Of a stretch of DNA of 64,000 bases, positions 58,498-64,000 are shown in pieces; positions within the stretch are counted from its first letter, which is position 1, and every line of letters begins with the position of its first letter. A program made the position numbers and the translations under genes. The notes beneath the pieces are model-generated. The model worked only from the letters and a program-made list of their open reading frames with translations, was not told where the DNA came from and did no database searches. Source of the DNA: Macrostomum lignano (taxonomy: Eukaryota); contig NIVC01003115.1 of NCBI GenBank assembly GCA_002269645.1, forward strand, positions 1 through 64,000. Direction: 5' to 3'.

Positions 58498-61400
58498 CTA
58501 CAAGCTGGCCAGCCGGGCAGCCAGTCGATTCAATTTCTGCTTTCGCAGGGCTCTCAGCAGAGCCGGCAGGCTGGCACCCTCGTATTGGGTGGACCACAGC
58601 CGCAGCGCATCGCAGCACTGGCCGCGCAAGTCCAGCGGTTGGCGCGCCTGCGCGCACTCGATGTCATCCTCGGCGACGCCGAGATCGCGCGTTATGGCGC
58701 GCCAATTCTCCAGCGCCAGCGCGTTTGAACAGACCAGATCGAGATGGGCGCGGCTGATTGCCGGTTGCTGGCTAGCGGCACCGATGCCGGAGGGCTCCGA
58801 CTGCGGACTGACGGCCACGAGTGGTGGGATGGACACCTGCGAGATACCTGGGCGGTTGGAAAATTTGCTAATTTGTAACTGTGGATTTGATATTCGCTGT
58901 TTTGAGTGAGATTCGCATATGAACTGGAGTGAGAGTCGCCCATAAACTTGGGTGAGTCGCCTACAACCTGGATGAGAGTCGCCTATAAACTGGGGTGAGA
59001 CTCGCCTACAAACTGGGTGAGACTCGCCTACAAACTGGGTGAGAGTCGCCTACAAACTGGGGTGAGACTCGCCTACAAACTGGGTGAGACTCGCTTACAA
59101 ACTGGGTGAGAGTCGCCTACAAACTGGGGTGAGAGTCGCCTACAAACTGGGTGAGACTCGCCTATAAACTGGGTGAGACTCGTCTACAAACTGGGTGAGA
59201 TTCGACTATAAACTGGGGTGAGACTCGCCTACAAACTGGGTGAGACTCGCTTACAAACTGGGTGAGAGTCGCCTACAAACTGGGGTGAGAGTCGCCTACA
59301 AACTGGGTGAGACTCGCCTACAAACTGGGGTGAGACTCGCCTATAAACTTGGGTGAGACTCGCCTACAAACTGGGTGAGACTCGCCTACAAACTGGGTGA
59401 GACTCGCTTACAAACTGGGTGAGACTCGCTTACAAACTGGGTGAGAGTCGCCTACAAACTGGGGTGAGAGTCGCCTACAAACTGACTGGGGTGAGAATCG
59501 CCTAGAAACTGGGTGAGACTCGCCTACAAACTGGGTGAGACTCGCCTACAAACTGGGTGAGAGTCGCCTACAAACTGGGGTGAGACTCGCCTACAAACTG
59601 GGTGAGACTCGCTTACAAACTGGGTGAGAGTCGCCTACAAACTGGGGTGAGAGTCGCCTACAAACTGGTTGAGACTCGCCTATAAACTGGGTGAGACTCG
59701 TCTACAAACTGGGTGAGATTCGACTATAAACTGGGGTGAGACTCGCCTACAAACTGGGTGAGACTCGCTTACAAACTGGGTGAGAGTCGCCTACAAACTG
59801 GGGTGAGAGTCGCCTACAAACTGGGTGAGATTCGACTATAAACTGGGGTGAGACTCGCCTATAAACTTGGGTGAGACTCGCCTACAAACTGGGTGAGACT
59901 CGCCTACAAACTGGGTGAGACTCGCTTACAAACTGGGTGAGACTCGCTTACAAACTGGGTGAGAGTCGCCTACAAACTGGGGTGAGAGTCGCCTACAAAC
60001 TGACTGGGGTGAGAATCGCCTAGAAACTGGGTGAGACTCGCCTACAAACTGGGTGAGACTCGCCTACAAACTGGGTGAGAGTCGCCTACAAACTGGGGTG
60101 AGACTCGCCTACAAACTGGGTGAGACTCGCTTACAAATTGGGTGAGAGTCGCCTACAAACTGGGGTGAGAGTCGCCTACAAACTGGTTGAGACTCGCCTA
60201 TAAACTGGGTGAGACTCGTCTACAAACTGGGTGAGATTCGACTATAAACTGGGGTGAGACTCGCCTACAAACTGGGTGAGACTCGCTTACAAACTGGGTG
60301 AGAGTCGCCTACAAACTGGGGTGAGAGTCGCCTACAAACTGGGTGAGATTCGACTATAAACTGGGGTGAGACTCGCCTATAAACTTGGGTGAGACTCGCC
60401 TACAAACTGGGTGAGACTCGCCTACAAACTGGGTGAGACTCGCTTACAAACTGGGTGAGACTCGCTTACAAACTGGGTGAGAGTCGCCTACAAACTGGGG
60501 TGAGAGTCGCCTACAAACTGACTGGGGTGAGAATCGCCTACAAACTGGGTGAGACTCGCCTATAAACTGGGATGAGATTCGCCTACAAACTGGGGTGAGA
60601 CTCGCCTACAAACTGGGTGAGACTCGCCTACAAACTGGGGTGAGAGTCGCCTACAAACTGGGGTGAGACTCGCCTATAAACTGGGGTGAGAGTCGCCTAC
60701 AAACTGGGGTGAGAGTCGCCTACAAACTGGGGTGAGATTCGCCTACAAACTGGGTGAGACTCGCCTACAAACTGGGGTGAGATTCGCCTACAAACTGGGT
60801 GAGACTCGCCTACAAACTGGGGTGAGACTCGCCTACAAACTGGGGTGAGAGTCGCCTACAAACTGGGGTGAGAGTCGCCTACAAACTGGGGTGAGACTCG
60901 CCTACAAACTGGGGTGAGACTCGCCTACAACCTGGATGAGAGTCGCCTATAAACTGGGGTGAGAGTCACCTACAAACTGGGGTGAGACTCGCCTACAAAC
61001 TGGGGTGAGAGTCGCCTACAACCTGGATGAGAGTCGCCTATAAACTGGGGTGAGAGTCGCCTACAATCTGCTACAAACTACGTAGACTGGGATGAGCCAC
61101 AGCACTCAAAAGGCTGAAATAACCGCTTCAAACTTCTCACCATCGGCACGAAACTCCAGGGAAGCCGCTTTCAAAGCATCGTCAGCAGCGACGCGGCCAA
61201 TCCAACAAGCGGCATCGCCAACCAGCGGCGGAATGAGAGGCGAACCGCAACCGACATCGCCGCCACCGTCAGCAACGGTGACAGACGCGGCATCGGTGAC
61301 CCGGCAGTCGGGCGGCTCGGCCAGCCAGCGATAGTCGGCCAGCAGGGAGTCCCTGAAGGTCGCCAGCAGCCGGTCGGAATCGCGCCAGTCGATCAGGCGG

Positions 61401-61564
61401 ATCAGCCGGCGCACCTTGGCTTCGCGCGACGCCAGCCGGTCGATCTCCAGCGCCTCGGCCGGGCTCAGCAGGCCGGGGCCGATTAGCCGGTCAAGGACGT
61501 CATCCGGGTGCAGATCAGCAGCCAGACGGTCGCGGGATTGGTGCAGCCAGGTCCGAAGCTGCAT
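58498..61564 (-). CDS. CARD + death-domain adaptor (RAIDD/CRADD-like architecture), 2 exons, 257 aa
   Basis: Exon 1 61564-61141 (LHQSRDRLAADLHPDDVLDRLIGPGLLSPAEALEI....SREAKVRRLIRLI, CARD-like; phase 1 donor G|GTGAGA). Exon 2 58847-58498 (acceptor CCGCCCAG|, phase matches; NWRAITRDLGV.EDDI...DLRGQCCDALRLW...GASLPALLRALRKQKLNRLA, death-domain-like). 774 nt in total. Confidence 0.8.
58925..61075. repeat. Intronic 22/23-bp satellite (GAGACTCGCCTACAAACTGGG[G]T) with a 518-bp higher-order repeat
   Basis: ~95 copies; diagnostic variants recur at 59181/59699/60217 and 59481/59999/60517. Confidence 0.95.
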
Positions 61565-61669
61565 CTGCTACTGTTAGTAGCGCGAGCTTATTTTAAATTA
61601 TCTGAAAGCGATAAAACCACAATGTTGACTGAGTTCGCTTAAGAATGGTAGAGAGTTCAACCAGGTAGC

Positions 61670-62140
61670 TAGCGAATGCAACCATACGGTAACCATAGAA
61701 ACCAAATGCAACCACACGGTAACCATAGAAATCAAATGCAACCACACGGTAACCATAGAAACCAAATGCAACCACGCGGTAACCATAGAAACCAAATGCA
61801 ACCACACGGTAACCATAGAAACCAAATGCAACCACACGGTAACCACAGAAACCAAATGCAACCATACGGTAACCATAGAAACCAAATGCAACCACACGGT
61901 AACCACAGAAACCAAATGCAACCACACGGTAACCACAGAAACCAAATGCAACCACACGGTAACCACAGAAACCAAATGCAACCATACAGTAACCATAGAA
62001 ACCAAATATGCAACCATACGGTAACCATAGAAGACAAATGCAACCATACGGTAACCATAGAAACCAAATGCAACCAGTTCAAAATCAGATGCCTCCAGGA
62101 AACTAGAGAAACTAATGTCAACAAGGTAACCATAGAAACA
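61670..62140. repeat. 30-bp repeat (CAAATGCAACCACACGGTAACCATAGAAAC) upstream of the CARD-DD gene
   Basis: ~14 copies, 8 of them carrying the exact 14-mer GTAACCATAGAAAC. Confidence 0.93.
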
Positions 62141-62688
62141 AAATAGCCACGTACGTAAACAAGATAAAGGCAGAAACATTGACCCGGTTATATTATAAAT
62201 CATAAATATTCATAACTAAAATTAGCGAATGCTTTGAAACTGTACTTTTCAGACAATAATATATTTAAATTAAACAATAATAACGCATGCAAAATGGACG
62301 AAATCATTCGTGATACGCGGTGTCGTAGGTAAGGTAGAATATTAGGTCAGAAAAATTGTCAGAAAAGCGGCTTGTACGGGTAAAAAGTGCATGAATTTGG
62401 TGTTCAATTCCAAAACTAACAGGACGGTTCCGATCGCAAAAAGCTTGGAATGCAGATATTAAGGACGGGCTGATGTAATGGACGGACACGGTGAGAACTA
62501 TAAATCAAGCAAAGCTTTATACAAAACGGAACAAACTACTCAGTCAACAGGGAGTAAGTAGTACCTGCCGCTTCCGGAATTTAAACTTGATTACTTTTTA
62601 AAAAAGGCACAAAGTCAAATCGTGACTACTTATAGTAGCTGCAGAGGAATAATTTTACGCTACAAATAGATTTTTGTGCTAAATAAAA

Positions 62689-63993
62689 GTCACGTGACAC
62701 TTGATTCAACTTTGAACGGAATGCCGTGACTTCTACTTATAAATTTAAATTCTAATTACAAAAAACAGCTTGTTGCATCAGAGGAAACGACTGACAGACA
62801 ATTTGCGCAAGATTTAGTCTTGATACGCACTTTACAGTGGGTTTTACAGACTGCTAACAACTGATTTTCCAGCGCATGATAAAGTCGCGTGACTAATTAT
62901 GCGCTCAGGGTGTAAACAAGTCACGTGACTAAGCGAACATCCAGTGTGTACAATAAAGTCACGTGACCAAATTTTACACCAGTGCATAATCAAGTCACGT
63001 GACTTCCATCAGGACTGCAGCAGCGCCAGCAGCTGGGCGGAGTGCGGCAGGCCGTTCAAGCGCCGGTCGGTCTGCAGCGGCCGGGACAATCCCAGCCGCT
63101 TGGCCTCGGCCAGCAGTGCCGGCTGCCGACCAATGAGAACGCGCAGGGAGCTCAGGCAGGCCTCGCGAACCTCGGCCACCGGGTCGGCCCTGGCGCAGTC
63201 CAGCAGATTCGCGGCCGCCTTGCCGGCAATGAGCGCCCGGTTGAGGCCGCCGCCCGGGTGCAGGCCGAAGTTGCCGATGGCGGCGGCGGCGCACAGGCGG
63301 ACCTTCGCCGAGCGGGACTTCAGCAGCTGCAAGGCGGGCGCCACGGCCGGTTCCAGCTTGGCGTACAGACTGTCGCTGTTGAAGGCGGCGTTGCTGCACA
63401 CCAGCAGCGCGTTTTTTACCGCCGTATCGTCGGAGCCCGGCCGACTAAACAGGCCGACAGCCTCGGACAGCGGCCGGGGGCAGCGCAGCAGCGCCTGGCA
63501 GGTGGACTCCGGGCCCGCCTTCAGCAGGTTGGCCAGCAGGTTCAGCGCTCGCGACTGCACCACAGGCCAGGACGATTCGCCAATTAGGCGGGACAATGCG
63601 GACAGGTCCGGGTCACGTGACTGTGGGATGAATCGATTACGTGATTGAATTATAATTTACACATAAAGTCATGTGGCTTTTGAAGCGGATTTTAGTCACT
63701 GTAGAAAAGTTAATGCCGCGATATGGTGCTAGGCAGGCATGAAGAATAACTCAAGGGCCGCTTGCACTTAGCAGGGCCGGCTTATATTTGGCTATGACTA
63801 ATTGCGTAATACGAGCTAAATCAATTATTGAAGTGAGTGGTTGGCTGTACGTACTTGTACGGGGCAGTGATAGCGCTGGACCAAGTGAGCGAGGGAGAGA
63901 GAGAGGGAGGCAGATGTACACTGCCCCACAGTCACGTTGCGATTGAATTCGATTTTGTCACGTGACTATTTAATCTGATTTTAGTCACGTGAC
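62689..63993. promoter_or_regulatory. Cluster of GTCACGTGAC palindromes (CLEAR/E-box-like)
   Basis: Perfect copies at 62689, 62920, 62958, 62994, 63612, 63957 and 63984, plus near-matches (e.g. 62884 GTCGCGTGAC). Function is inferred. Confidence 0.4.
63009..63620 (-). CDS. STK36: STK36/Fused kinase C-terminal ARM/HEAT region (last exon; upstream exons beyond the window)
   Basis: VKNALLVCSNAAFNSDSLYAKLEPAVAPALQLLKSRSAKVRLCAAAAIGNFG...LLDCARADPVAEVREACLSSLRVL closely parallels the STK36 C-terminus as recalled (VGNAAY..L...L..AVP...LL......RRN.A.ALGNLG...LL..AC.DP...VKEAAL.ALR). Probable acceptor CCCACAG at 63621. Confidence 0.8.
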   Translation of the reverse strand, partial: SRDPDLSALSRLIGESSWPVVQSRALNLLANLLKAGPESTCQALLRCPRPLSEAVGLFSRPGSDDTAVKNALLVCSNAAFNSDSLYAKLEPAVAPALQLLKSRSAKVRLCAAAAIGNFGLHPGGGLNRALIAGKAAANLLDCARADPVAEVREACLSSLRVLIGRQPALLAEAKRLGLSRPLQTDRRLNGLPHSAQLLALLQS

Positions 63994-64000
63994 TATTTAA

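Overview
Eukaryotic (metazoan) genomic DNA with GT-AG spliceosomal introns. GC/Ala-rich exons sit among AT-rich spacers and about 21 kb (roughly one third of the window) of locus-private tandem repeats. This architecture suggests a Macrostomum-like free-living flatworm (inference only). Hand-spliced gene models on the + strand: the 3' end of a PEEPTAK-repeat mucin-like ORF, a PDRG1/prefoldin-like ORF, a typical 2-Cys peroxiredoxin, a 2-exon Q/P-repeat protein, a 14-exon ~1470-aa CCDC17-like coiled-coil/C2-like protein, and two tandem atypical S1 serine-protease genes. On the - strand: an orphan DEG/ENaC first exon, then a run of five genes (STK36/Fused last exon, CARD+death-domain adaptor, homocysteine S-methyltransferase, TTC19, SLC24/NCKX). 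A decayed TE island at ~14.7-20.9 kb holds piggyBac, mariner and two RTE-like LINE fragments; there are also tRNA-derived SINEs and a MITE-like hairpin. The most striking pattern is that 27 of the 29 introns modelled from 22.6 kb onward each carry their own minisatellite. Several units resemble the adjacent exon end or splice junction, and several contain consensus ETS, E2F or RFX (X-box) motifs; a CLEAR-type E-box cluster also occurs. No prokaryotic features or CRISPR arrays. Everything was read by eye; no database searches were run and repeat boundaries are approximate.
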